DNA of 63,857 bases, filler included, from Octopus bimaculoides (lineage: Eukaryota): assembly GCF_001194135.2 (NCBI RefSeq). It is 8 parts of 8 records of this genome, joined end to end, with 100 filler letters (N's around TTAATTAATTAA, not from the genome) between each part and the next. Parts side by side here need not be neighbours in the genome. Positions count along the whole stretch, not along the records: positions 21,222 to 34,244 come from NC_068988.1; positions 34,345 to 43,309 come from NC_068987.1; 6 more parts are not named here. One strand, given 5' to 3'. The first letter of the stretch is position 1; every line of letters begins with the position of its first letter. Position numbers and translations under genes: made by a program. Shown piece after piece: positions 26,420-38,862 of this stretch. The notes under the pieces were generated by a model. The model made no database searches, was not told the DNA's origin, and saw only the letters and a list, made by a program, of their open reading frames with translations.

Positions 26420-26866
26420 CCTATCTATCCTTATGTACCATGTCTACTGGTATTGACGATCGGAAAACGTTGTCTTCCTTTCTTACACAAAACTTAGTAT
26501 GTTTTCTATTTGTGTTGTTACCTGTATTATAAAACTTTTGAAGACTCATGATTTTTATCTAGGTAAACAGACAGTACTGTTCTGTCCTGGCCTTCTGGTC
26601 GTTAATTTACAGTTTAATCTGCTAGTATTCTTCTCTCTCGAGTTCAACCTTGGCACCCAAGCCACTTTTTTTAACCCTTAGACTCGGTGGACTGATTCAC
26701 TGGAGATCAAGGCCTGTCCACAACATGGTTGACGTATATTACACATATCTAGGGACCAGTATTCCTTTGAATTCTCTATGCCCTAGCCATTTATCATCTT
26801 CAGTTATTTGATCTCAAACTAATTCCATTGATTTGTACCAGCCTCCAGAATTCTTAAAAGTAGTGG

Positions 26867-26924
26867 TGACTAAGGGATAATTCCATTCAGACCTTTTGCG
26901 ATTGAATTAATTATCCCTTAGTCA
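26867..26924. ncRNA. Pre-miRNA-like hairpin candidate
   Basis: Perfect 16-bp arms TGACTAAGGGATAATT / AATTATCCCTTAGTCA, a 5-bp upper stem, a 13-nt loop and a partial lower stem. No known miRNA recognised. Confidence 0.3.
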
Positions 26925-27022
26925 TTCATTTGACTCTAGGGCTAGAACTTCAGTTGTCGCCACTACCTCTAGTACTATATATATCTTCATGTGCTGTCTT
27001 TAACATTATTCCGAAATAAAAC

Positions 27023-27470
27023 AAGGCGGCGAGCTGGCAGAGTGGTTAGCACGCCGGGCGAAATGCTTAGCGCTATTTCGTCTGTCTTTACGTTCTGAGT
27101 TCAAATTCCGTCGCGGTCGTCTTTGCCTTTCATCCTTTCGGGGTCGACAAATTAAGTACTAATTGCGTATTGGGGTCGATCTAATCGACTGGCTCCCTCC
27201 CGCAAAATTTCGGGTCTTGTGCCTAGAGTAGAAAAAAAGATTATTCAAGGCGGCGGGCTGGAAGAAAAGTTAGCCCGCCGGGCGAAATGCTTAGCGGTAT
27301 TTGCAGTATTTCTTCCGTCTAGTTCAAATTCCGCCGAGGTCGACCTGGCCTTTCACCGTTTCTGGGTCGATAATTTAAGTACTAGTTGCGTACTGGGGTC
27401 GATCTAATCGACTGGCCCCCCACCTCCCCGACAAAAAGATATCGGGCCTTGGGCCTACAGTAGAAACGAT
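27023..27470 (+). mobile_element. Two head-to-tail Meta-like SINEs
   Basis: aaggcggcgagctggcag..gttcaaattccg..gcctttcatcctttcggggtcga..tagagtagaaaaaaagattatt, then a second copy. Confidence 0.88.
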
Positions 27471-27684
27471 TATTCATGAATAAAACATTTATGGGTAATG
27501 AAAATTATAAATAACGCACCTTTCAAGAGACCAAAGCATTACTATGTATTTTCTAAAGCTTTACATCGTATTTAAAAAAATTCGGGACGAAACTTATCGA
27601 TAGGAGATTTACCTCTCGTTTCTTGCTCTACAAATGGATACCGAAAACAAATCATCGAGTCAATAATCCTTTGCAAAGCAGGCA

Positions 27685-27872
27685 AAAGGCTTGAAATTTT
27701 AGAGGAGGGGTAGTCGATTCCAGTTCTTGACTGGTGCTTATTTTAGTGACATTGAAAAGATGAAAGGCAAAGTCGACCTGCGGCGAAATTTGAACTCAGC
27801 ACGTAAACCTGGGAGAAATGCAAATAAACACTCTGTCCGGCATGCTTATCGATTTTTCCAGCTCACCACCTT
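27685..27872 (-). mobile_element. Meta-like SINE
   Basis: gatgaaaggcaaagtcgacc..tttgaactcag..ccagctcaccacctt. Confidence 0.75.
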
Positions 27873-28089
27873 CCAAACGTGTCAATAATAGTCATCATAA
27901 ATATCCTTGCTTCACTCAAAGATTATCTCTAATTTATAATTATTGATCAAGTTGGTGCTTATTAAAAAAAAAAAAAAAAAAGAGAAAAATATTTTATTGA
28001 TTATTTATATCGTAGAAATATCTCGAGTCAGAAATGGCCACGTTCCCGTTTCTGTAAATTCTCTGTTATCAAGTCAGTCAGAGAAAATT

Positions 28090-28272
28090 TACGTTGTTGC
28101 TCGAACTAGTAGCTAAATCACTCTCGTACAGTACTTCTGTAAGTATAGACAAAGTGTCTAATCCTTGCCACCAGAATTTCCGACAAGAAAGACTGAATGA
28201 GGGCGACTGAAATACCTTTGATTAAAGGTCGGCTCCGTCAAGACTTACCCGGGACTAAGCAACAACAACAAC
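28090..28272 (+). mobile_element. SINE-like 3' tail ending in (CAA)n
   Basis: Related to 10065-10230; ends gggactaagcaacaacaacaac. Confidence 0.5.
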
Positions 28273-28973
28273 TGATCAAAAATCCACTGGCTTTACAGAT
28301 CGTATTATTTCATAGTGATTACAAGATTAGCTGGGATTTATTTTTCTTCTGTCAAATAGTTCTGTACAAAGCACGGTAGATGTGATGGGATGTGTGGTTA
28401 ACGAGTCTTCAATTGTTGACATGGCACTTTGTCTATTGGAAATTTACCATTGTTCGCGACTGATCCAGCTAATGCGATCATGCAATGAAGTTAATGTCAT
28501 AGAAACAGAAATAATATTGAAAATGTATTAAGCGGGGGAGAGAGGGCGAGATTGTATATGTTTGTGTATGTGTGTCTGTCCTTCTCTGAATTTGTTTGTG
28601 TGTGTATGTGTGTGTGTGTGCATGTGTATATGTGTGCATCGTTCTGCATGTGTTTGCATGTGGTGGGTGATGTACGGAGTGAGATAGAGAAGTAAAACCG
28701 AGAGATGTGTGAGAAGCAGATGTAAACGTAAAGAATGTTAAAAGGAACGAGAAGAAATAGGTGGGCAGAGGGAGAAGGAAAGGGAGAGAGAGAGGGGTGA
28801 GAGGGGGAGAGAGAAAGGAAAGAAAGAGAGGGGAAGCAGTAGAAAGAGGGACAAGGAGAGTTGGAGTGAAAGAGAGGAAGATAGGAGAGAAAGACAATGA
28901 GTAAGAAGAAACATGGAGGATTGACGAAAAGAAAGAGTAACGTGTGTATTTATAATAAGAATTGAAGGTAGGA

Positions 28974-29036
<63 letters not shown>

Positions 29037-29299
29037 CGGCAGAGATAATATAAAAAGAACAAAGACTGAAGAGATAGAAAGAGAAAAAGTGAGAAGACAA
29101 TACAGAATCGAGTAAAGTAGAAGAAAAACAGGAGAAAGAGAGAGAGAGAGAGAGATCGTGTCGAAAATCTGTGTCTTAATTAGGTGAAGCATAAATCGTT
29201 TGATTAATCAGTCTGGTAAATCCGGAAGTTTCCGCTAATTTTATCTTCTTTCGTATTGGCTACGTTTGATTCAACAGCGATTCGGAGAGGGGCAAGAAG

Positions 29300-30160
29300 C
29301 CGGCAAAGGGGGCGCGCTGGCAGAATCGTTTGCATGGCCGAGAAAATGCTTGGAAGCATTTCGACTACTTTTACGTCATGAGTTCAAATAGTCCTTTCTG
29401 CTATAGGCCCAAGACCAGAAATTTGAAAGAGGGGAACTAATCGATTACACTGGTACTTAATTTATCGATCACAAAATTTGAACTCCGGTGTACCAACGAT
29501 TCTGCCAACTCGCCGCCTTCGTGAGTTCAAATAATGCCACGGTCGACTTAGACATTCGTTCTTTAGGGATCGATGAAATAAGCACATATTGAGTACAGTG
29601 TCCAAGTAACCGATGAGTCCCCCTCCCCTCCAAAATTTCAGAACTTGTACTTATAGCAGAAAGGGTTATTATTATTAGCGGCGAGTTCAAATTCCACCGT
29701 GCTTGACTTTGGATTTTCATCCTTTCGGAGGTCGACAAATTAAGTACCAGTGTGACAATGGGGGTGGATGTAATCGACTATTCCGCCCCGCCACTAAAAT
29801 TTCAAACCTTGTGTCTATAGTAGAAGGGATTATCAATTCATATCACAAGGCTGTGAGCTGGCAGAGTCGTTAGCACGCTGGGCAAAGACCTGAGAGGCTT
29901 TTCGTCCAGCCTTATGTTCTGCGTTCAAATTCCGCCGTGGTCGACTTTGCTTTACATCCTTTCGGGGTTTATAGAATAAGTACCAGTTGAGTACTGGCGT
30001 CAATGCAATCAACTTCTCCCTCCCTTTAAAAACTGTTGGCCGTGTACCAAAAATTTGGAACCGTTATTAATTCATGTGCTGACAGAATCATTATGTCGTT
30101 AGAAAGAACAACATAAGCATTTTGTCCGGCGTGCGAACATTTCTGCCAGGGCGCCGCCTT
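29300..30160 (+). mobile_element. Cluster of about five Meta-like SINE copies and fragments, mostly plus strand
   Basis: Repeated gctggcag, gttcaaat, ggtcgact and tagtagaa(a)gggatta blocks; minus-strand pieces near 29470-29520 and 30110-30160. Confidence 0.75.
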
Positions 30161-30379
30161 AATACTACTACTAATAATAGCAATAATAATAATAATCATA
30201 ATAATTGCCAGTGAATCGTATTCATCCCCCTGCCTGTCCTCCCGACATCTGCACCAAACGCAATTAAGTGCTAAAGTACTCTCACTAACTGTTTTCCATT
30301 AAAAATATTGACAGGTCGTTTAGTTAGTTGAATACAAAGTAGATATATTTGTTAAAAGTTTATCTGTCCATATTGAAAC

Positions 30380-30430
<51 letters not shown>

Positions 30431-30634
30431 AAGTTCATAAATATGTGTGTGTGCGCGCGTATGTGTGTATAAGAATTAATTTTATTTATTAATTCTTAAA
30501 GGATAAAGAAAAAAGTATTTTTATTCTATTAATACATTTAATACATATTTAATATATTTTGACTCGCGTACCTCCCCTGTATTAACAGTAAGTACCCACA
30601 AATAATAATAATTATGATAATAATAATAGCACCA

Positions 30635-31340
30635 ATAATCATAAAATATATAACACATTCCATGAATAAATGGCAAACAGTGCTACAGCTCCAAACAAGA
30701 TAGAGACTCATAAAAACCAAAGCCATTGCCATTAGAAGAGGAATATTCCAGGGAGACACGCTCTCTCCACTTCTTTTCTGCTTGGTCCTGACCCTTTATC
30801 TGATATGCTAAACAGAACTGGGTGCGGATACAACTGTAGTGCGGATACAACTGTAGTGATAAAAATAAGAGTACATAATGATAATCTTGATTATGATAAT
30901 GATAAAGAGTACATACCAACCACTAAGGCAGCAAAAAGGTGTAAGACAAAAATCCAAACAGGAAAACTTGAAAGAATGTCGAAACAGAGGCAAGAAAAAA
31001 AAACATGGATTGGCCAATGCCCGAAATGAGCTGGGGAAACTGAGGTTGATATGAGAAGCACCCATCAGTGGCTGTGGACCACTGGTTTGAAAATTGAAAT
31101 AGAAGGATTTACCATAGATGCAGACGATCAGAGTCTCCTAACCCGGAACTATCAAGCTAATGTCACGCACAATGGAAAGGACTCAAGTTGTAGACTCTGC
31201 CATGACAGAATTGAGAGCGTTGACCACACTGTTGGCCGTTGGTTAGTTCTTGTGCCCACAGAACCAAGCAACCAAAAACCAGGCATGATCGAGTTGGCCA
31301 GTACTTGCACTGGAGCATGTGATCACTATGACATCTATTG
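30635..31340 (+). mobile_element. R4/Dong-like retrotransposon RT and CCHC region, internally deleted
   Basis: MNKWQTVL..IAIRRGIFQGDTLSPLLFCL; THQWL..GLK.EIEGF..ADDQSLLTRNYQ..CRLC....ESVDH; RHDRVGQYLHW. Preceded by (AAT)n. Confidence 0.85.
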
Positions 31341-31344
31341 CCGA

Positions 31345-31585
31345 ACCACTCACATACATTGACGTAAACAAACCTACACCGGTTGTCAAACAGTGGTGGT
31401 GGACAAACATACACACACATACACACACACATATGAGGTCTTCTTTCAGTTTCCTTCCACCAAATCCACTCAATACTTTAGTTGGACCGAGGCTATAGAA
31501 GAATACATTTGCCAAAGGTTCCGTGCAGTGGGACTGAACACAGAACCATGTAGTTGGGTAGCAAACTTCTTACCACACAGCCACG
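31345..31585 (-). mobile_element. CORE-like SINE
   Basis: gacgtaaacaaacc..ttgtcaaacagtggtggtggacaaac..ttcttaccacacagccacg. Confidence 0.82.
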
Positions 31586-31671
31586 TCACGTATACTCTTT
31601 ATATCTGAGACGCGTTGAGCTTGTAGTACAAAAAATGTAAATAGCTTAGTCACGCTCAAGAAATAACTTAC

Positions 31672-31759
31672 ACCAAATATTTCAGCCAGTTTCTGGATGT
31701 TAAGTACTTTAACTTCTTCCTCCACCCGTCCCCACCAATTATCACTGGTTTGAAGAGAA
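31672..31759 (-). CDS. Candidate internal exon, 88 nt (92 nt with upstream acceptor), unknown product
   Basis: Donor GGT|GTAAGT, pyrimidine tract with TAG/CAG acceptors, peptide SLQTSDNWWGRVEEEVKVLNIQKLAEIFG. A second frame is also open. Confidence 0.25.
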
Positions 31760-32187
31760 CTGTCTACCGTGCAGTCACCAGTCAAGGAGACAAAGAAGGG
31801 TTAATGGCAATTGCTATTTTTCATCTAACGAAACCATAAGAAAAATATCAGCTGATGCCTAACGGTGGTAGTTAAGGCCTACTTGTAGATGCACGATCAA
31901 TCTTACGACTGTTCCGTATCAGATGAGCAACATCTTCAAACAAATAGGTGAATAAAGTCTAATGTATGTACCGCATACATTCTTTCTTTTGATTCAACGC
32001 ACACACCCATACGGAAATACTAAAATGCATACATACATACATACATGTATATTTTTAGATGCATGCATATATATATTTAGATCCACACACCGCACATATA
32101 CACATACACACTCAAACACATACGTGAATTACAACACTACTAATGCATAAACAGACATTCGCACGCAATCACTCACAGTGACACACA

Positions 32188-32246
<59 letters not shown>

Positions 32247-32386
32247 TATTCTGTGATCCTACAATTAACGTTTGTTTATAGAACGTAAACACAAAAATAA
32301 TCATTAACATTTCTCCCTCTAACTGTGCATCTATTTATTTATCTATCCATCGATCTATCTATCATTTCTCTCTCTTTTCTCTCTCA

Positions 32387-32444
<58 letters not shown>

Positions 32445-32501
32445 GTCTATCTATCTATCTATCTGTCTATCTATCTATCTACCGATATAAATATATGCGC
32501 G

Positions 32502-32541
<40 letters not shown>

Positions 32542-33049
32542 NNNNNNNNNNNNNNNNNNNNNNNNNNNNNNNNNNNNNNNNNNNNNNNNNNNNNNNNNNN
32601 NNNNNNNNNNNNNNNNNNNNNNNNNNNNNNNNNNNNNNNNNNNNNNNNNNNNNNNNNNNNNNNNNNNNNNNNNNNNNNNNNNNNNNNNNNNNNNNNNNNN
32701 NNNNNNNNNNNNNNNNNNNNNNNNNNNNNNNNNNNNNNNNNNNNNNNNNNNNNNNNNNNNNNNNNNNNNNNNNNNNNNNNNNNNNNNNNNNNNNNNNNNN
32801 NNNNNNNNNNNNNNNNNNNNNNNNNNNNNNNNNNNNNNNNNNNNNNNNNNNNNNNNNNNNNNNNNNNNNNNNNNNNNNNNNNNNNNNNNNNNNNNNNNNN
32901 NNNNNNNNNNNNNNNNNNNNNNNNNNNNNNNNNNNNNNNNNNNNNNNNNNNNNNNNNNNNNNNNNNNNNNNNNNNNNNNNNNNNNNNNNNNNNNNNNNNN
33001 NNNNATATATATATATATATGTATGTATGCATATGTCTATATACATATA

Positions 33050-33118
<69 letters not shown>

Positions 33119-33150
33119 GGCAGTCTATAAACGCAGACTGCGTGTATGAC

Positions 33151-33275
33151 ATTAAGAAAATTAAAGCGTCGGTATGATTCCGAGGGGAGAAAAATTGTAA
33201 GATGGAAACGCGTCAAATATATGCAAGTGACGGCTCTATAATCACAGCAAAGTGCCGACGCTTTTATTTCTTAAT
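33151..33275. repeat. Short MITE-like inverted repeat
   Basis: ATTAAGAAAATTAAAGCGTCGG (33151-33172) versus CCGACGCTTTTATTTCTTAAT (33255-33275). Confidence 0.6.
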
Positions 33276-34022
33276 TCTTTTGCATTTTCTAAGGATATAA
33301 AAGAGGAAAGAAAGAAAACGCAAAATTCCTTCGTTCGATGCGCTATTTTATTGTATTAATGTATTGTGACTAACACGTACACAGACAACATCAAAATAGC
33401 TTTGACAGACATATACATACACACATATGGATACATACATGCATAAACATAAATAAATACAAATACATGTACATACACAAACATGCATTATATTATTTAT
33501 AAATACATAAATATTCTTATGAATATATTTAATCTTATTTTCTATTGTGTTCATCAAAAGGTTTCATCCTTTTGTCCGTGGGCATACATGAGAGCTGTCA
33601 CTATGTGTGGGTATGTATTCATGTAGATAGGTGCATCTGTATATATATATGTGTGTATGTGTGTGCGTCTGTGTGTGTGCATATGTGTGTGCGCGTGCGT
33701 GTGTGTAGTGGTTGTCTGTCTATGTGTCTGTGTGTATGTATGAGTGTGCCAAGTTATATACATGCGTAAATATATATATATATGAATGTGCACGTGTGTG
33801 TGTGTGTGTGTGCATGTGCATGTGTGGTGTGTGTATGTGTATGTGTGTGTATGCGTACGAAGCTATATAAATACACAAACACATATATGTGTATGAGTGT
33901 ATGTGTGCGTGTGTGTGCGTGTATGTTGTGTTTGTGTGTGTATGTATTTATAAATATGTTTACGACTGTATCGGCGAATGTGAATCGGCGTGGAGTGTGC
34001 GAGCGGGAAATTGCTACATAGA

Positions 34023-34095
34023 GGCAGATGAAATCTAATAGTTGACATGTTGGCTCCGGACTCCGAGGTGCCTTGTTCGAGTCCAACATCTGGCA
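34023..34095 (+). pseudogene. Degenerate tRNA-like sequence (Arg-CCG-like loop)
   Basis: 73 nt; CAGATG/CATCTG acceptor pairing, GTTCGAGTCC B-box, CTCCGGA loop. Anticodon and T stems are broken. Confidence 0.35.
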
Positions 34096-34186
34096 GAGTC
34101 AAAGTCGAGATGCATCGTGACAGTGTGTAATCGTATTAAATACATACATACATGAACACATTCACACACACACGCACACACATATA

Positions 34187-34244
<58 letters not shown>

Positions 34245-34494
34245 NNNNNNNNNNNNNNNNNNNNNNNNNNNNNNNNNNNNNNNNNNNNTTAATTAATTAA
34301 NNNNNNNNNNNNNNNNNNNNNNNNNNNNNNNNNNNNNNNNNNNNATATATATATATACATATATACGACAAGCTTCTTTCAGTTTCCGTCTAACAAATCC
34401 ACTCACAAGGCTTTGGTCGGCCCGAGGCTATAGTAGAAGACACACCTATATACACACCTACATACACACATACATACGTTAAGATCACCACCAT

Positions 34495-34525
<31 letters not shown>

Positions 34526-34619
34526 GCTTCTCGTATTTGGGTCACCGTTTCTTTCCCCTTTTGTTATCTCCCCTTTTTCTTAGCTCTCCTGTGTGAACTT
34601 TCTGTCCGGCAGTCGCCAT

Positions 34620-34812
34620 GATAGATCGCTGACCACAACATTCAAAATTTTTTCTCAGTGTTCTTCTACTTGTTTTTCTCCTTATTCTTTCTGTTGAAGA
34701 GCGTAGCTCGAAACGTTAAAGATTTTCTCTAATCCCGAGCGTTAAACTAATACATCCTTTTGTTGTTTACACCACCTGTCCTCGTCTGTTGTTGTTTTTT
34801 TCGTAAATTCTC

Positions 34813-34816
<4 letters not shown>
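34620..34816 (+). mobile_element. Short Penelope-pLTR-like element with hammerhead-like motif (34686-34722), ending at (AT)n
   Basis: TCTTT-CTGTTGA-A-GAGC-GTA-GCTC-GAAAC-GTT-AAAGA; second copy at 36175-36373. Confidence 0.6.
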
Positions 34817-34896
<80 letters not shown>

Positions 34897-34899
<3 letters not shown>

Positions 34900-35200
34900 T
34901 GGAAAAACCAGCGAATGACTTTGCAAGTGAAATCTATACGAATAACTGGACAAGATGCTATCCAATACAATCTAAGATCCCAACATTTACGTCCAGACTA
35001 AGAAGCCAATAATGGAACAGCTTTGGATTGAAATGCTCACAACTGTTCTATACATTGCCAAAAGGCCTATGAGATCGAGAAAATGCACAAGTGGATGGTG
35101 TCTAAAAACAGTTGAACAAATGTTTTAACAATTTACCAGATGAAACCACATCGCAGTAAGAAATGCACAGAAATACAGCTTTGTCTGACTCACTGCTTCC
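34897..35200 (+). mobile_element. CR1-like LINE 3' fragment
   Basis: SRLRS..NSFGLKCSQLFYTLPKGL.D.ENAQVD..KQLNKCFNNLPDETTSQ..ALSDSLL resembles the CR1 ORF2 end. Confidence 0.6.
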
Positions 35201-35599
35201 TCAAAATTGACTCTGAATTAAGACAGGACCGAAGGCTAACGGCAGTGCCACACAGATTTCGACAGAAAAAGGATAGCAAAATAATAGAATAATATACTTA
35301 AAATTAAATACTATTTGAAATATTCGTTAGTACTGCTACAAAAGTTTACGTAATTCTATATATAACTCTTAAGTAAATTTATGTAACAACTCGTGTATAT
35401 ATTCAATGCAATTATGTTTCTTTGTTGTATTCAATTTATCGATATTTTATCGAACGTTTACGTCTTGCCGATTCACCTGTTATTTAAATATTTTTGCTAA
35501 TATTTTGAACTTTTAGAATTTGATTGTCTGATCACTGAAACCCGGTAATTCCTGCGTAAGCATTTTCATTCTTACTCTAAAGACACATGCATACATACG

Positions 35600-35659
<60 letters not shown>

Positions 35660-35681
35660 CATCCATCTATCTATCTATCTG

Positions 35682-35745
<64 letters not shown>

Positions 35746-35774
35746 GCTAGCTATCTATCTATCTATCTATTAGA

Positions 35775-36105
35775 GTAAACACCCCTATGAAAGACCATAG
35801 GATTGCAAGTCTATGAAAGACCATAGGATTGCAACTAGAAAGTTACCGTCCGAGGGAAAGTCCGGGAAAAGTTGTTTATGGAAGACCAGCAGTCGTCCTT
35901 CCATATCAGCCTCCCCAAGGGAAAGGCAGAGGATGATACAGCTTGACACCAGTGACGTCGCAACTCATTTCTACCGTTGAGATAACAGGGCCAACGTGAA
36001 ATAAAATGTCTTACTCAAGAACACAACACACGGTCCAGGAATCAAATTCACTACCTCATGAGTGTAAGCCCGACGCTCCAACTACTGAGCCGTGCGCCTA
36101 CACAT
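35775..36105 (-). mobile_element. tRNA-derived SINE, head B-like + tail 4
   Basis: Minus strand ggcgcacggctcagtagttgg..ttgattcctggacc..gtgttcttgagtaagacatttt, then tail 4; 25-bp tandem duplication at the 3' end. Confidence 0.7.
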
Positions 36106-36174
36106 ATGTCTGTATATCTATTTATCTATCTACACACACAAACATATATGTGTGTGTATGTGTGTGTGCATATG

Positions 36175-36373
36175 ATTAATCGCTGACCAAACACCATTCA
36201 ATTTTTTTCTCTCCGTGTTTTTCTCCTTGTTTTCTCCTTATTCTTTCTGTTGAAGAGCGTAGCTCGAAACGTTGAAGACTTTCTGGATTCCCGAGCGTCA
36301 AACTAATACATCCTTTTGTTGTTTACACCACCTGTCCTCGTCTGTTGTTGTTTTTTTTTCGTACATTCTCCCA
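36175..36373 (+). mobile_element. Second copy of the hammerhead-like short element (motif 36242-36278)
   Basis: Close to 34620-34816 and also ends at (AT)n. Confidence 0.6.
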
Positions 36374-37524
36374 TATATATATATATATACATGCATTTGT
36401 CTATATTATAAATAATATATCCTAATCGTTTCTTTATGAACTGGGGGTCCTTGTTAAAAATGAAGAATCTTAAAACAAATATTTACACTCCCAGACATAT
36501 CCAGTACACTTTCGTATTTTTTTGTGTGAACGCGTAGCCTGTTTGCCTGTCTCTCTCTATCTCTCACTTTGTGTGTCCTCGCGCTCTCTCTAGCAATCTA
36601 GATATCTGTTTATCTATCTGTGTTAGTGCGTGCTTGCGTGTGTGCGTGTGGGGTGGGGTGCGCGCGCGTATGCGTGATTGCTTGCGTGTATAGGAAAGTA
36701 TGTGCGTCTATATATTATGAATTAAGGACAAGCGCATGATTAATAAACTTATTAATCTGTTCTCTGCAGGAAGTCAAAATCAAAACGCTATATGCTTTCA
36801 AATATACACGCTGGCGCAGTCATAAGCAAATATTCTAGAAAATTGGATGAATACTTATGCACACAAACACACATACGCCCATATCGCAATATTGCATATA
36901 AGTGGACGTGCATATATGCCTACACATTGTGTATATTTATATATATATAAATGTACATAAATAAAATCCGTAATGGATATGTATGTCTATATATATAATT
37001 ATATGTATATATATATATACGCAAGCACAGGTACATATATGTACATGTAAATGTATATTTAGACATATATATGCATATATGTACATATATATGTGTGTGT
37101 GTATGTATGCACACATGTATAACACGTGTGTAGATGAAGCTATACATCAGCACATATCTCTATACATGCATCTATATACGTACATGCATATACATACATA
37201 TATATACAGATAGATAGAGTAGTATATATGTATTTGCGTATATACGTATGCTTAATATGTGTGTACGTACGTTCACCTCACGGCTAGGTTTCTGCTCCAA
37301 AGTAATCATATAAAGGGCGATGTCTCACTCATGTGACTCGAGAGAATGATATATAATAATACAGAGATCTTTGGTTAGCCATCATCATGGTTAGAACAAT
37401 GCTCTTTCCCTTCTCTCAAATTCATCGTGATCGTTTATACGCCCGTACAAACGCATGCACAAATACAACCGAACAATTACCACCATAACCCTTTGTGTAT
37501 TTACATATACATATATATATATAT

Positions 37525-37563
<39 letters not shown>

Positions 37564-38398
37564 NNNNNNNNNNNNNNNNNNNNNNNNNNNNNNNNNNNNN
37601 NNNNNNNNNNNNNNNNNNNNNNNNNNNNNNNNNNNNNNNNNNNNNNNNNNNNNNNNNNNNNNNNNNNNNNNNNNNNNNNNNNNNNNNNNNNNNNNNNNNN
37701 NNNNNNNNNNNNNNNNNNNNNNNNNNNNNNNNNNNNNNNNNNNNNNNNNNNNNNNNNNNNNNNNNNNNNNNNNNNNNNNNNNNNNNNNNNNNNNTATGTA
37801 TATATATGTATAATGCAACTATGTATGTATGCGTGCATAAAATTCACACATCAACATGTTTTATATCCATTCTTCTTGCGTCGCACCTAATCATCATTTA
37901 GAAATATACGTTAGTGTAATACATAGAATAATATGTGTCTGAATGTGTAATGCCTTGTGTAGAATTATGCTTTGTGAAGAAGAATAAGCAATGGATCACT
38001 CTGAAATTAGTTGAGATGTCTTTCGGTGATTAAGAAAACTGGTATTTTGGAGCTTTTTTTTGTTCTCATCTCCAATTGATGGTTTCTAACGTTGAATTAG
38101 ATTTGTTTTCTGCGAGAACGGTTGCAATTCTCTGCAATCAGAACATATTTTTACAAACTATAATCTGTACTTTTCAGCAACTTATTGAACCTCGTTTGAC
38201 TATTTTGCTATGAGGCATTTCATTTACTTTACCCATTATTTCTACGGCTCCTTCGATGAATACCTATTTGGTGATTTATTCATCTTTATCTTATTCACAT
38301 GTCTACCTTTCTTTCTGCTCTGATTCTCAGCATCTAAATACGTACTTGCTCGTTCGTTTTTCACACTTCTTAATACATACATACATGCACACATACAT

Positions 38399-38469
<71 letters not shown>

Positions 38470-38862
38470 TGGTGGGGAGATGGTTTTGTGAAACCACATA
38501 TATATGTGGGGGGTTCTGTGGGTCTGTTCATGAACTTGTATCTGTGTGTGTATATTCATATAGATATATAATCTAAACAAAAGGGCAAAGTATTTAGTAG
38601 AAAGAGAGAGTGAGAGAGAGAGAGAGAGACATAGAGAATGACAGACAGAGACAGAAAACGTGAGGGAGTGTCACGGCCGAAACTTCGAAGTCACTGACAA
38701 TAATATTCGTGTTTAAAAACAATAAAGTTGTACTCTGCCTCTGTGTTTGTGTGTATGTGTGTGTGCGTGTGTGTGTGTGCGTGTGTGTGTGTGTGGATGT
38801 GGGTTTGCGCGCGCGTATGTGTCATTTATGCCTTAAATGAGCTCGGACAAAGGAATGTACTG

